Assembly (NCBI GenBank): GCA_022570905.1
Contig: JACZYV010000001.1
Coordinates: forward strand, 1-51,282
Reading direction: 5' to 3'
DNA from: Chloroflexota bacterium
GTDB taxonomy: Bacteria; Chloroflexota; Dehalococcoidia; Lucifugimonadales; UBA3495
DNA length: 51,282 bases
Made by a program: the position numbers and the translations under genes. Positions 1 to 9,756 of the stretch are shown here, in pieces; position 1 is the first letter of the stretch, and every line of letters begins with the position of its first letter. Below the pieces are notes generated by a model that had not been told where the DNA came from, made no database searches, and saw only the letters and a program-made list of their open reading frames with translations.

Positions 1-1
1 T

Positions 2-742
2 GTGGCGGGTGTGGTCATTACCCACGGAACCGCCACCTTGGAAGAGACCTCCTATTTCCTCCACTTGACCGTCAAATCCGCCAATCCGGTGGTGATCACC
101 GGGGCCATGCGGCCGCCCACGGCGCTTAGCACCGATTCCGACCTGAATCTGCTGGACGCGGTGCGGACCGCCGCCTGCCCGGATGCCGCCGGCCTGGGGG
201 TGTTGACGGTGCTGAATAACGAGATCCAGTGCGGCCGGGACGTGACCAAGGCCAGCACCTTTCGAGTGGAGACCTTCCGTCCCAACGAACTTGGGTTCTT
301 GGGATACGCCGATTCCGACGGGAAGGTCGTGTTCTACCGGGCGCCCCTGCGCCGCCACACCGTCAACACACCTTTCATGGTAGACGGCATGACTGGCCTG
401 CCCAGAGTGGACATCGTCTACTCCTACGCCGGGGCGGATGGATTGCTGGTGGACGCCGTGCGGAACAACCACTCCGACGGCTTGGTCTTGGCCGGGTTTG
501 GCGGTGGCAGCTTTCCTCCGGCGGTGACCGAAGCCGCGGTCAAGTTGGTGGACGACGGCGTCCCCGTGGTCTTGGCGACCCGCGCCACCGCCGGCAGGGT
601 GGTGATGACCCCAAAGAAGGAAGAACAGGGATTCATGGTTTCGGACAACCTGCTGCCCCAGAAAGCCCGGGTCCTCCTGATGCTGGGTCTGACCGTAACC
701 AAAGACCGTCAGGAACTGCAGCAGCTCTTCTACGACTACTAA
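2..742 (+). CDS. L-asparaginase (type II family), 5'-truncated by window edge
   Basis: ORF is open to the window start. Translation has VVITHGTATLEETSYFL (asparaginase active-site Thr region) and VITGAMRPPTALSTDSDLNLLDA (second family signature). Confidence 0.85.
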   Translation: MAGVVITHGTATLEETSYFLHLTVKSANPVVITGAMRPPTALSTDSDLNLLDAVRTAACPDAAGLGVLTVLNNEIQCGRDVTKASTFRVETFRPNELGFLGYADSDGKVVFYRAPLRRHTVNTPFMVDGMTGLPRVDIVYSYAGADGLLVDAVRNNHSDGLVLAGFGGGSFPPAVTEAAVKLVDDGVPVVLATRATAGRVVMTPKKEEQGFMVSDNLLPQKARVLLMLGLTVTKDRQELQQLFYDY

Positions 743-885
743 ACGCGCCGTATATTCCCCGGCCTGTAACTGGAGCTAACCGGGCCGCGACCGCTGTTGC
801 CGGAATAGACACCGGTGTATACTCGCCATCGTGTGTTCGGCGTATCGCCCACGCATGAGACAGATATAAAGGGGACAGAGAACCA

Positions 886-2139
886 TTGGCTGAAGCTGTA
901 GACCCTCAGGCTATCGCCGGCCCCGAATACAACCGCACCAAAGACTCGGTGATGGCCACCAGTGTGATCGGCGCCCACACGCTGGAGCACATGTACGGCC
1001 GCGCCTTCTTGGTGCTGATCCCCCAGATCTACGTCGCCCTGGGGCTCGCTCCCATCCAGGCGGGGTTGCTGGATGCGGTAAGACAGCTATCCGGCGGCGC
1101 AACGAGCATGACCGGCGGGTTCTTCGTCGATATGTTCCAGCACCGGCGGGCCCACATACTCGCCTTCAGCATGAGCCTGATAGCCATCGGTTATTTCCTG
1201 GTGTCCATCGCTCCCACCTACGGGCTGATCCTGGCTTCCTTGGCGCTGGCTTCGGCGGGAACTGCCTTGTGGCACCCGCCCGCCCTGGGACTGCTGGCCC
1301 AACGGTTCCCCAAGCGACGAGGCCTGTACATCTCGCTGCACCGTTCCACGGGAAATATCGGCGATTGGCTGGGCCCTTTGGTCGTCGGAGTGCTACTGGG
1401 GGCCGTTGGCTGGCGTTGGATCATGGGCGGCGGCACCCCGGTGCTTCTCGTCTTCGCCGTGGTGATATTCTACGTGCTCCGCAACGTGGGCGGTCCCAAG
1501 ATTGAAGGCGTCGATTACCGGGCCAAGTTCAAGAAGCAGATCACAGAGATGCGGGAGTCCTTCCGCGGCACCGGTATGTGGTGGATATTCACGGTCTCAG
1601 CCGTGCGCGGCATGGGGGACAGGTCCCTGCTTTGGGTGATTCCCCTGTATCTATCGGACCAGTTGGGCATGAGCAATTTTTGGGTCGGGTTCCACGTGGC
1701 CCTGCTGGCGGCGCCAGGGATATTCGCCGGACCGCTATTCGGGGCTCTTTCAGACCGAATCGGAAGAAAGCCCATAATCATGTTCATCATGGCCTCAGCC
1801 GTCATCTTCCCGGTGACCATGGCCCTGGGGGGAGACGGGCTGGGAATGACCTTCTCAGTGCTGATGTTCGGACTGTTCTTGTTCTCGGTCAACTCCCTCA
1901 CGCAGGCGGCGGCCATCGACGTTGCCGCGGGCAAGGGCCTTGAAGGAACATTCATCGGACTGATGTGGGGCAGCAACGCCTTCTTCGGGGCCATGGCGTC
2001 GGTCCTCGCCGGGGTTTTGGTGGAATACGTGGGCTGGCACGCCGCGTTCTACTTCGCCTCTGGGCTGTTCTTCCTGGGCTTCCTGGCGTCCCTGGCCCTG
2101 CCGGGTAAGTTCGTGCAGCGCGAGCCGCTGGCCGACTAG
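886..2139 (+). CDS. MFS transporter
   Basis: 417-aa hydrophobic ORF with about 12 predicted helices and an MFS motif-A-like loop LSDRIGRKPIIMF. TTG start at 886 follows AAGGGGA; ATG 952 is an alternative start. Confidence 0.85.
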   Translation: MAEAVDPQAIAGPEYNRTKDSVMATSVIGAHTLEHMYGRAFLVLIPQIYVALGLAPIQAGLLDAVRQLSGGATSMTGGFFVDMFQHRRAHILAFSMSLIAIGYFLVSIAPTYGLILASLALASAGTALWHPPALGLLAQRFPKRRGLYISLHRSTGNIGDWLGPLVVGVLLGAVGWRWIMGGGTPVLLVFAVVIFYVLRNVGGPKIEGVDYRAKFKKQITEMRESFRGTGMWWIFTVSAVRGMGDRSLLWVIPLYLSDQLGMSNFWVGFHVALLAAPGIFAGPLFGALSDRIGRKPIIMFIMASAVIFPVTMALGGDGLGMTFSVLMFGLFLFSVNSLTQAAAIDVAAGKGLEGTFIGLMWGSNAFFGAMASVLAGVLVEYVGWHAAFYFASGLFFLGFLASLALPGKFVQREPLAD

Positions 2140-2190
2140 AGAGACCAGGGCTGCCCTCGCTCGCCATCACTGATTAAGCCGTAACGCAAC

Positions 2191-2216
2191 GTAGAGGCGG
2201 GTTTCCAACCCGCCCT
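2191..2216 (+). repeat. REP-like unit A: GTAG-headed GC-rich hairpin (GTAGAGGCGGGTTTCCAACCCGCCCT)
   Basis: Read directly: 8-bp stem GGCGGGTT/AACCCGCC with loop TCC, preceded by GTAG. It lies in the convergent gap between the MFS and mocA-like genes. Confidence 0.6.
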
Positions 2217-2317
2217 AGCCATCGTACGGCGCGCTTCTAAAAGGATAAACATTGCGGGCTGTCATGTTTTTCCATATCGTCATCTTCGCATCGATAACCT
2301 TCGCCGGAGATTAACAT

Positions 2318-2341
2318 GGCGGGTTGGAAACCCGCGCCTAC
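2318..2341 (-). repeat. REP-like unit B, inverted copy of unit A
   Basis: The reverse complement reads GTAGGCGCGGGTTTCCAACCCGCC, near-identical to unit A. It is separated from A by about 101 bp of lower-GC spacer. Confidence 0.6.
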
Positions 2342-2411
2342 AGACCTTCTTCACTCCGGCGAGGGCCGGAATGACTGAATTGGCATCAGCGTGGGCTGGT
2401 TTCGGCGCCGG

Positions 2412-3011
2412 CTACAAGCCAGATTCCAGGGCTTTTTGGTATTGCTCCGGTGTGTTCAGATCCAAGAGCACCGTGGGGTCATCCACTTCAAACCGCTCCG
2501 TTGCCTCCGCGTGCCGCCGCACCACCGCTTTCAGACCTTGGGATTCCTCTTCGATCTCCGCCAACTCGGGCAGCAAATCGGCCGCTATGAGGATGGGGTG
2601 ACCGCCTTTGCCGCCGTGGGTCGGGATGGTTATCCGGAAAGATGACGCCTGGTGGCGCTCCAACAAGGTCCGTACCGTGTCCGCGCTTCGGGGCTGGTCC
2701 ACGTTCAGTAACAGCACGTCCGATAGTTGCTGGCCGGCCAGCGCCGCGACACCGGTCTTGAGTGAGGTGGTCTTGCCCTGTAGGTAATCGTGATTGAGCG
2801 TCCACGATGCGCCTTCGACGGCATCAACGATGGGCTTGAGACGGTCCGCGTCATGGCCCAACACCACGACGACCTGCTGGACGCCAGCATCCAGCAGCGA
2901 CCGGAGTTGGTATTCGATAAGAGTGGTGTTCCGCCAAGGAAGCAAGGCTTTCAAGCGGCCCATGCGGCTGGACTCGCCGGCGGACAATAGTATCGCCCAA
3001 ACTCCGGGCAT
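2412..3011 (-). CDS. MobA-like NTP transferase / molybdenum cofactor cytidylyltransferase (MocA family)
   Basis: N-terminus AILLSAGESSRMGRLKALLPW matches the MobA/MocA nucleotidyltransferase P-loop-like motif. Its start is 11 nt downstream of the xdhC-like stop on the same strand. Confidence 0.8.
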   Translation of the reverse strand: MPGVWAILLSAGESSRMGRLKALLPWRNTTLIEYQLRSLLDAGVQQVVVVLGHDADRLKPIVDAVEGASWTLNHDYLQGKTTSLKTGVAALAGQQLSDVLLLNVDQPRSADTVRTLLERHQASSFRITIPTHGGKGGHPILIAADLLPELAEIEEESQGLKAVVRRHAEATERFEVDDPTVLLDLNTPEQYQKALESGL

Positions 3012-3022
3012 GGGGCCGGGGC

Positions 3023-4162
3023 CTAGACTTCCACCGTGCTATCAGGCGTGCGTTCGGCGATTTTGGCCGCCCGGTCGATGTACCGCTCGTCCATCTGCAT
3101 CTGCCCGCCGTCTCCGCCGCGCCGGACCATGATGATCTCAGACATGATGCTCACGGCCAACTCTTCAGGCTCAAGGGCGCCGATGTTCAGGCCGATGGGC
3201 GAGTGGACCTCTTTAAGGCGCTCCAAGGTCACGCCCTGCTGCAGCAGGCGCCTATATATCATGATGGTCTTGCGCCGGCTGCCCAGCACTCCGATGTACC
3301 GGGCGCGGGTCTTCAGCGCCGATTCCAATGCCATATCGTCATAGCGATGGCCCCTGGTCGCCACCACCACGAATGAGTTCACGTTCAGATCAAGGTGGTC
3401 CGTCCATTTGTCGTAGGTTTCGACCACCCTTTGTTCCGCGTAGGGGAACCGCTCTTCGTTGCAGAACTCGGGCCGGTCGTCCACCAGATAGACCCGGTAG
3501 CCCAGGGAATGGGCCAGGTCCGCGGTGGCCTTGCCAACGTGTCCGCCGCCCACCATCACCAAAGTCGGGGGAGTGGTGAACCCCTCAACAAATACCTCGG
3601 TGCCGTCGGCGGTGCTGAATGACTCATTACTGCCCACGTCGGCGACCTTATGAGCGATCTCGATGGCCTGTGTGTCCAACTCGGCATTGCCCAGCGAACC
3701 GGTGATCGAGCCGTCGGAACGTAATAGCAGTTTCGAGCCCAGGGCGGGGCCGCCGTCCTTGGCGTTGACCACGATGGCCAGGCTTACCGGGTGGCCGCCG
3801 TCGTAGGCTTCCACGATCTCGCTGCCGATGGACAAGAAGTCCTCTGGCTCCCGCAGCGGTTCCAGATAGAAATACATGGTGCCGCCGCAGACCAGCCCGT
3901 CGCGGGCGGCGATATCTTCGTTCAGATAGTAGTCTTTGAACTCGGGGCCTCCGTTCTGCCGCAGGATCTCTTTGGCCGCGAACCAGATGTCGCCCTCGAC
4001 ACAACCCCCACCCAAAGTCCCCACTCCACTGCCGTCCTGCCGGACCAGCAGCATGGCGCCCGCCTTCTGGGGCGTGGAGCCCTTGGTCCGCACGACGGTG
4101 GCCAGAACACAGGGTTGACCGTCTTTCAAGTCGTCAATCGCACCCTGGATAACTTCTCTCAT
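3023..4162 (-). CDS. xdhC: XdhC/CoxI family Moco-insertion accessory protein
   Basis: N-terminal XdhC_CoxI-like CVLATVVRTKGSTPQKAGAMLLV and C-terminal Rossmann LVMVGGGHVGKA. 379 aa. Confidence 0.85.
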   Translation of the reverse strand: MREVIQGAIDDLKDGQPCVLATVVRTKGSTPQKAGAMLLVRQDGSGVGTLGGGCVEGDIWFAAKEILRQNGGPEFKDYYLNEDIAARDGLVCGGTMYFYLEPLREPEDFLSIGSEIVEAYDGGHPVSLAIVVNAKDGGPALGSKLLLRSDGSITGSLGNAELDTQAIEIAHKVADVGSNESFSTADGTEVFVEGFTTPPTLVMVGGGHVGKATADLAHSLGYRVYLVDDRPEFCNEERFPYAEQRVVETYDKWTDHLDLNVNSFVVVATRGHRYDDMALESALKTRARYIGVLGSRRKTIMIYRRLLQQGVTLERLKEVHSPIGLNIGALEPEELAVSIMSEIIMVRRGGDGGQMQMDERYIDRAAKIAERTPDSTVEV

Positions 4163-4402
4163 CTAATCCCTCGTTTTAATGCCTATAACCGCCAGATTTC
4201 CAGTTGACATCTATGCTCAATCATCCCGAAGAGAATATCACCTGGAATCTCCGAACCGCGTATGGATTTCTAGTTGAATCCCTGGTTGATAGCTTATCAA
4301 AATATGGTGGGTGGGAGCAAACGATATAAGGCGTTGACACGCACGAAAACCGGTCCAACCCCGACGCTGGAACACTGTAACTGTAGGCACAAATAGGATA
4401 CA

Positions 4403-5125
4403 ATGTTATGTCATATGGCAATCGTAGCTATTACCTCTTCCAGCGCCAAGAACGCACGCCTTTACGTTGAAGTGATGGAATCCGCAGGGGCGGCTGTGCG
4501 AGTTCTGATTCCGGATGATCACGCTGACGTAGACACGGAAGAATTGATGCGGGACACCGGCGGTCTCCTCCTCCCCGGCGGACCGGATATTGATCCCACC
4601 CTCTATGGGGAGGAGCCGGACCCGGACGCCGGATTGGAACTTCGCCGGCCTCTGGACGACCTGGAATTGCGTATCCTGGAATACGCCTTGGGCCGCGACA
4701 TGCCGGTGCTGGCCATCTGCCGGGGCATGCAATTATTGAACGTAGCCTTTGGCGGCAAGCTGATACAGGACCTGCCGGACCACAAATCTCAGAAGATCGA
4801 CGGAAATTGGGAGTCTGCCTACCACCAGATATACATCTCGCCGGGAGCCAAGGCTGCGGCGGTGATTGGAATGGCGGGCATCTTCAAGGTGAACAGCCTG
4901 CATCACCAGGGGCTGAAAGAAGCCCAGCGGGCGCCGCGCCTGATGACCACGGCATACGAGGTGGAGGATGGGTTGATCGAGGGGCTGGAGAGCCCGGAAC
5001 ATAGCTGGGTGATCGGGTTGCAGTGTCATCCGGAGCGGCAAGACGAGGTCCCCAAGATGTTCGGCAACCTGTTCCTGGGGTTGCACGAGCGGGCCGAGAT
5101 CTTCGTCTCCGAATTCGCCGCCTGA
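4403..5125 (+). CDS. Class I glutamine amidotransferase / peptidase C26 gamma-glutamyl hydrolase family (PuuD-like)
   Basis: Nucleophile elbow LAICRGMQLLN and GLQCHPE (His/Glu of the triad). Start is ambiguous between ATG 4403 and ATG 4415 (MAIVAITSS). Confidence 0.85.
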   Translation: MLCHMAIVAITSSSAKNARLYVEVMESAGAAVRVLIPDDHADVDTEELMRDTGGLLLPGGPDIDPTLYGEEPDPDAGLELRRPLDDLELRILEYALGRDMPVLAICRGMQLLNVAFGGKLIQDLPDHKSQKIDGNWESAYHQIYISPGAKAAAVIGMAGIFKVNSLHHQGLKEAQRAPRLMTTAYEVEDGLIEGLESPEHSWVIGLQCHPERQDEVPKMFGNLFLGLHERAEIFVSEFAA

Positions 5126-5267
5126 CCCCGATCAAACCAGCCCGCAACCAAGTTTCGTCATCGCGGCAGAGACACGGTACGACGCCTTATCCAACGCGCC
5201 GGCCCTTTACCGCTGACAGACTGAAGACCGTTTATTCCGATAGTGGAGCCTTAAGGAGCATTGACTG

Positions 5268-7841
5268 ATGGTGACAACTAGCCCAGAACAGCCGGATTCG
5301 AGCATCGTTCCGATCCGCATTGAAGTGGAGATGCGCACGTCGTACCTGAACTATGCGATGAGCGTCATCGTCTCCAGAGCGCTTCCCGACGTGCGGGACG
5401 GGCTGAAACCGGTCCACCGCCGCATCTTATACGCGATGCACGATATGGGTATCCGCCCCGGCTCCGCCTATCGTAAGAGCGCCAGGATCGCCGGAGAGGT
5501 GCTGGGAAAGTTCCATCCCCACGGTGAAGGTTCCGTATACGACGCCCTGGTCCGAATGGCCCAGGACTTCTCACTGCGTTACCCGCTGATCGCTGGTCAG
5601 GGTAACTTCGGCAGCGTCGACGGCGACCCTCCGGCGGCCATGCGGTACACCGAAGCCCGGCTGGCCCCCATCGCAGAGGAATTGCTGGCGGATATCGACC
5701 AAAACACCGTCAATTTCACCCCAAACTTCGACGACTCCCTGACTGAGCCAACCGTCCTGCCGGCCCGCTTGCCCAACATGCTGATCAACGGCGCGTCGGG
5801 CATCGCCGTGGGTATGGCCACCAACATCCCGCCCCACAACCTGGGAGAGATCTGCGACGCCGTTATCAGCCTGATCGACGACCCGGACACCACCACAGAA
5901 CAGTTGATGCGGTCGGTCAAAGGCCCCGATTTCCCAACGGGCGCCAATATCCTGGGCCACCAGGGCATCTTCGACACCTACACCACCGGGCGCGGCCGCA
6001 TCATCATGGAGGCCACCACCGAGATCGAAGAGATCCCGGGCAGCCGAGACCGGGAACAGATAATCATCACCGAGATTCCCTACCAGGTGAACAAGGCCCA
6101 CCTGGTCGAAAAGATCGCCAGCCTCACCAGGGAAAAGAAACTGGACGGGATATCCGACATCCGGGACGAGTCCGACCGCCACGGCATGCGGATCGTCATC
6201 GAACTACGCCGCGACGCCCAGACCTACGTGGTGTTGAACAACCTATTCCGTCATACCGCCCTCAGGTCGTCATTCAACACCATCATGTTGGCTTTGGTGG
6301 ACGGGCAGCCCCAAGTGCTGCCGCTGAAGCGGTGTCTGGTCCTGTTCATCGAACACCGTCAAGTTGTGGTCCGCCGCCGGTCCGAATTCCAATTGCAGAA
6401 AGCCCAAGAGCGCGACCACGTGGTCCAGGGGCTTCTGTTGGCTTTGGACCGGATGGATGAGGTGATTCAGATCATCCGGAGTTCCGCCGACGTTGAAGCG
6501 GCGCGGGCGAATCTGATGTCGACCTTGGACCTGAGCGAGGTCCAATCCCAGGCTATCTTGGATATGCAGCTTCGCCGTTTGGCCGCTCTAGAGCGGGAAC
6601 GGTTGGAGAAAGAGCACGAAGACCTGGTCGCGAAGATCACCGAGCTTGAGGCGCTGTTGGCCAGCCCGGAATTGGTCATGGCCGAGATTAAACAAGAGAC
6701 TCAGGCGCTGAAAAAGTCCTTCAACAACCCGCGCCGGACGGTGATCCATGACGCCGAACTCGCCGATCAGACCGACGAGTCGTTCATTCCCCATGAAGAC
6801 GCCATCATCACCCTGAGCCAGAAAGGCTACGTGAAGCGAGTGCCGTCAGATACCTTCCGCACCCAGCACCGCGGCGGCAAGGGTGTGTTGGGGATGCGGA
6901 CCAGGGAAGACGACGCAGTGATGGACCTGGTGGTCGTCGATACCCACGACACCCTGTTCTTCTTCACCAACCGGGGACGGGTATATCCCCTGAAGGCTTA
7001 TCAGATCCACGGTGACTCTACGCGCACCAGCCGGGGCGTGCTGCTGGCCAACCTGCTGCCCCTTGACCGGGGAGAGGCGATACAGGCCATGCTCATCATC
7101 GATAACCCCAGAGACGAGTACCCGCTTTTGTTGGCCACCAAGAAAGGCGAGATAAAATCCCTGAAAACGGGCGAACTCACCCGCATACGCCCCTCCGGGC
7201 TCATCGTGTTTGACCTGGAACAGGGCGATGAGTTGGTCTCGGTGGCCCAGGTGGGCGAAGCCAAAGACGTGATCATGGTGACGGAGCACGGTCAGGCCAT
7301 CAAGTTCCCCATCACCGGGCTGACCCCCCGCTCCCGCACCGCCGGCGGCGTCAGGGGCATCCGGCTGTTGAACAAGGACCAGGTCGTCGCCATGAGCACG
7401 GTGACGCCCAACAGCCATCTGTTGATCGTCAGCGTACACGGTTATGGGAAGAGCACTCCGTTGGCCAGCTACCCCCGCCACGCCAGGGGCGGTCAGGGTG
7501 TGCGGACCTTCCGAACATCCGACAAGGCCGGCAAGGTGGCGGCCGCCCGGGTGGTGCAAGAAGGCCCCGGCCAACTGATCCTCATCATCTCCGCCAAGGC
7601 CCAGGTGGTGCGGATCACCCTGGAGGACGTCCGGGTTACCGGGCGGAACACCCAGGGCGTGATCGTTTGGCGGGACCGCGAGCCGGACGACTTCGTTGCC
7701 TCCATTGCTTGCTTCCAAGAATCGGACACCCAGAGTAACGGTGATGAAGCCAGTAACGGCAACGGAAGAACCAACGGAAAGAATGGCGCTTCTGCCACCA
7801 AGGATGACGACGCCGAGCCCAACGAGACCTCCGCAAAATAA
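5268..7841 (+). CDS. gyrA: DNA gyrase subunit A
   Basis: 857 aa with [10 protein letters not shown] (catalytic Tyr region), a GyrA-box-like QHRGGKGV and C-terminal beta-pinwheel repeats. SD TAAGGAG lies 8 nt before the ATG. Confidence 0.97.
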   Translation: MVTTSPEQPDSSIVPIRIEVEMRTSYLNYAMSVIVSRALPDVRDGLKPVHRRILYAMHDMGIRPGSAYRKSARIAGEVLGKFHPHGEGSVYDALVRMAQDFSLRYPLIAGQGNFGSVDGDPPAAMRYTEARLAPIAEELLADIDQNTVNFTPNFDDSLTEPTVLPARLPNMLINGASGIAVGMATNIPPHNLGEICDAVISLIDDPDTTTEQLMRSVKGPDFPTGANILGHQGIFDTYTTGRGRIIMEATTEIEEIPGSRDREQIIITEIPYQVNKAHLVEKIASLTREKKLDGISDIRDESDRHGMRIVIELRRDAQTYVVLNNLFRHTALRSSFNTIMLALVDGQPQVLPLKRCLVLFIEHRQVVVRRRSEFQLQKAQERDHVVQGLLLALDRMDEVIQIIRSSADVEAARANLMSTLDLSEVQSQAILDMQLRRLAALERERLEKEHEDLVAKITELEALLASPELVMAEIKQETQALKKSFNNPRRTVIHDAELADQTDESFIPHEDAIITLSQKGYVKRVPSDTFRTQHRGGKGVLGMRTREDDAVMDLVVVDTHDTLFFFTNRGRVYPLKAYQIHGDSTRTSRGVLLANLLPLDRGEAIQAMLIIDNPRDEYPLLLATKKGEIKSLKTGELTRIRPSGLIVFDLEQGDELVSVAQVGEAKDVIMVTEHGQAIKFPITGLTPRSRTAGGVRGIRLLNKDQVVAMSTVTPNSHLLIVSVHGYGKSTPLASYPRHARGGQGVRTFRTSDKAGKVAAARVVQEGPGQLILIISAKAQVVRITLEDVRVTGRNTQGVIVWRDREPDDFVASIACFQESDTQSNGDEASNGNGRTNGKNGASATKDDDAEPNETSAK

Positions 7842-7861
7842 CCGGGCGGAAATTTCAGGCA

Positions 7862-7901
7862 GAAAGAAAAGCGCCGTGTGGTCACGGCGCTTTTCTTTTT
7901 T
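7862..7901. terminator. Bidirectional intrinsic terminator between convergent gyrA and the flavin reductase gene
   Basis: GAAAAGCGCCGTG-tggt-CACGGCGCTTTTC. The 8-bp GC stem is extended by A/T pairs, with an A-tract upstream and a T-tract (TTTTCTTTTTT) downstream, so either strand sees a U-run. Confidence 0.7.
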
Positions 7902-7962
7902 GGTCCGACGCGTTCTTGAATTATCTTTTTGGCCTGGGGCCGTTTTGACGTTATGGACCCGC

Positions 7963-8472
7963 TTATTCCTCGGCTGGGTTGTACCAACGGCTGTTGTAGA
8001 ACATCAAAGGCGCGCCGGACTCGCTCCGGCGCATTTCTTTTACCTCACCGATGTAGATCGTGTGGTCCCCGTACACATGGGAACCCAGCACTTGGCAACC
8101 GAAAAAGACCATTGAGCCGTCCAGGACTGGCACCCGATCTCCGGCTTCAGAATAATGGTATTCCACGCCACCGTCGCGGTCCTCCGGTTTCTTGGCGAAA
8201 TAGGCGCCCAGGTCCTGCTGTTCCTGTTTCAGGATATTTACCCCAAACCGGCTGGTTTTTTCCAGGTAACCATGGGTATGTGTGCCGTGGGCGATGCAGA
8301 CCATGACCGTCGGCGGGTCAAGGCAGATGGAGGAAAAAGCGTTGGCCGTCATGGAATGCGGCTGGCCTTCATCATCCAAGGTCGTGATGATCGTGACGCC
8401 GGTGGCGAACTGTGCAAAGGCGGACCTTAACTCGTCATTATCCAACAAAGCTATACCTGCACTATGAGTCAT
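7963..8472 (-). CDS. Flavin reductase family protein (FMN-binding split-barrel)
   Basis: FATGVTIITT and HSMTANAFSSICLDPP motifs typical of flavin reductase domain proteins. 169 aa. Confidence 0.85.
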   Translation of the reverse strand: MTHSAGIALLDNDELRSAFAQFATGVTIITTLDDEGQPHSMTANAFSSICLDPPTVMVCIAHGTHTHGYLEKTSRFGVNILKQEQQDLGAYFAKKPEDRDGGVEYHYSEAGDRVPVLDGSMVFFGCQVLGSHVYGDHTIYIGEVKEMRRSESGAPLMFYNSRWYNPAEE

Positions 8473-8548
8473 CCAGGTGTGTTGCCCAATATTATATACG
8501 CTCGAATATCGGGGTGCCAGCTTGTCATTTTGTCAGCGTTCCGGTGAT

Positions 8549-9520
8549 TCAGGGGTAGGGGCGGAAGCATTCGCCTATGTCTCCGTCTGGGTGGCCGGCG
8601 TAGCGCTCGGCGTCCAACTTGACGACGGCTCCCCGCAGCGCCAGGCCGATGAAAAGCTCCGGATGCGTTAACTCGGCCAAGATCTCCAGGCCCTCGATGA
8701 TCCTTGGGCCAGGACGGCTGAAGTAAGAATGGTCGATCAGGTAGACCTCCCCGTTCTTCACCGAAGAGAGATCCCGCCAACCTTCCTGGCGCTCCAGCCA
8801 CGGCGCTTCCCGAAGGTTCCTGGCCAGGTCGGATGAGCACAGGTCAATGAACAGCTTGTCGGGGTCATAGTCACGGACTTCGTTCCAGTCCAATCTCCTA
8901 GCCGCGCATCCGGAGGCGAGCATATCTTGCTTTCCCCCAGCCAGGCTCAGCATATCGGGTATCCAGTGGCCGCCTACGACCAGAGGGTTGATCCCCTCAA
9001 GAGAGAACACCCGCGGCCGTTGGGCCGGCGTAGGAAGCCTTTCTTGGACTGCCCGGACCCGCTCTCGCATGACAGCGACCAACTGACCGGCTTGCGCTTC
9101 GGCCTCGCAGGCCCGGCCTACCTGTAGGATGGAGTCCAATACCCCTTCAAACGTCCTGGGCTGCAGCACCACAACCTGCGGCTGTACCTCCATTCCGGCG
9201 ACCACTCCCGTCACCTGGCCGGCATCCACCTCACAGACGTGGCAGAGGTCCTGGGTCAATATCACGTCGGGAGACTCTCTCACCAACCATTCTTGGTCCA
9301 ACTCGTAGGGGTTTTCCCCGCTGGCTAGCAGATCGGTCATGGCGGCTTCCACTTCGTCGCTGGACAGAACGGATGGGTCGACCTTGCTGCGGCTGACCAC
9401 CGGCTTGGACCGGGCGCCAGCCGGAAAGTCGCACAGGTCGGACACGCCGGCCACTTGGTCACCAAGGCCCAGGGCGAAGAGTATCTCGGTCCCGCTGGGA
9501 AGCAGGGAACAAATCTTCAT
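8549..9520 (-). CDS. BtuF/TroA-like (class 8 binding-protein fold) cobalamin/siderophore-type binding protein, no signal peptide
   Basis: Begins directly with the conserved MKICSLLPSGTEILFALGLGDQVAGVS block of BtuF-like binding proteins. No N-terminal hydrophobic or lipobox segment is visible. Confidence 0.7.
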   Translation of the reverse strand: MKICSLLPSGTEILFALGLGDQVAGVSDLCDFPAGARSKPVVSRSKVDPSVLSSDEVEAAMTDLLASGENPYELDQEWLVRESPDVILTQDLCHVCEVDAGQVTGVVAGMEVQPQVVVLQPRTFEGVLDSILQVGRACEAEAQAGQLVAVMRERVRAVQERLPTPAQRPRVFSLEGINPLVVGGHWIPDMLSLAGGKQDMLASGCAARRLDWNEVRDYDPDKLFIDLCSSDLARNLREAPWLERQEGWRDLSSVKNGEVYLIDHSYFSRPGPRIIEGLEILAELTHPELFIGLALRGAVVKLDAERYAGHPDGDIGECFRPYP

Positions 9521-9756
9521 GCTGGTTTGCCATCCTCTAGCTCAGGACGCCTACGGGCTGCGGATTCCGCCGGTAACCACTCTTTGGCAGTGGCGCCCGG
9601 TGTTGGTGATCGTCTGGGAAAGCCGCCGGCCCGCCCGGTCGACCGGGGTTTCAAGTGTGGAAGCTGATGTATTATAGACCTCGGTCAATCGCCAGGACAG
9701 GCGCCAGGTGATTGAGCGTCGCGGTAAGGTGATCTTAAACCAGGCGGAAGCCGAGA

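Noticed and set aside
4399-4417. TACAAT -10 box implying a leaderless amidotransferase mRNA
   Set aside because: The -35 is poor (TGTAAC) and the distance from the -10 to ATG 4415 (11 nt) is long for a leaderless start. It is kept only as a note on start-codon ambiguity.
9521-9756. Possible cobalamin riboswitch upstream of the BtuF-like gene
   Set aside because: On the correct (minus) strand I see GCCACTG-like and GGAATCC-like pieces, but in the wrong order. There is no GGGAA...GGTGAAAATCC series and no B12 box (AGCCAGGAGACCTGCC-like). An Infernal RF00174 scan would settle it.
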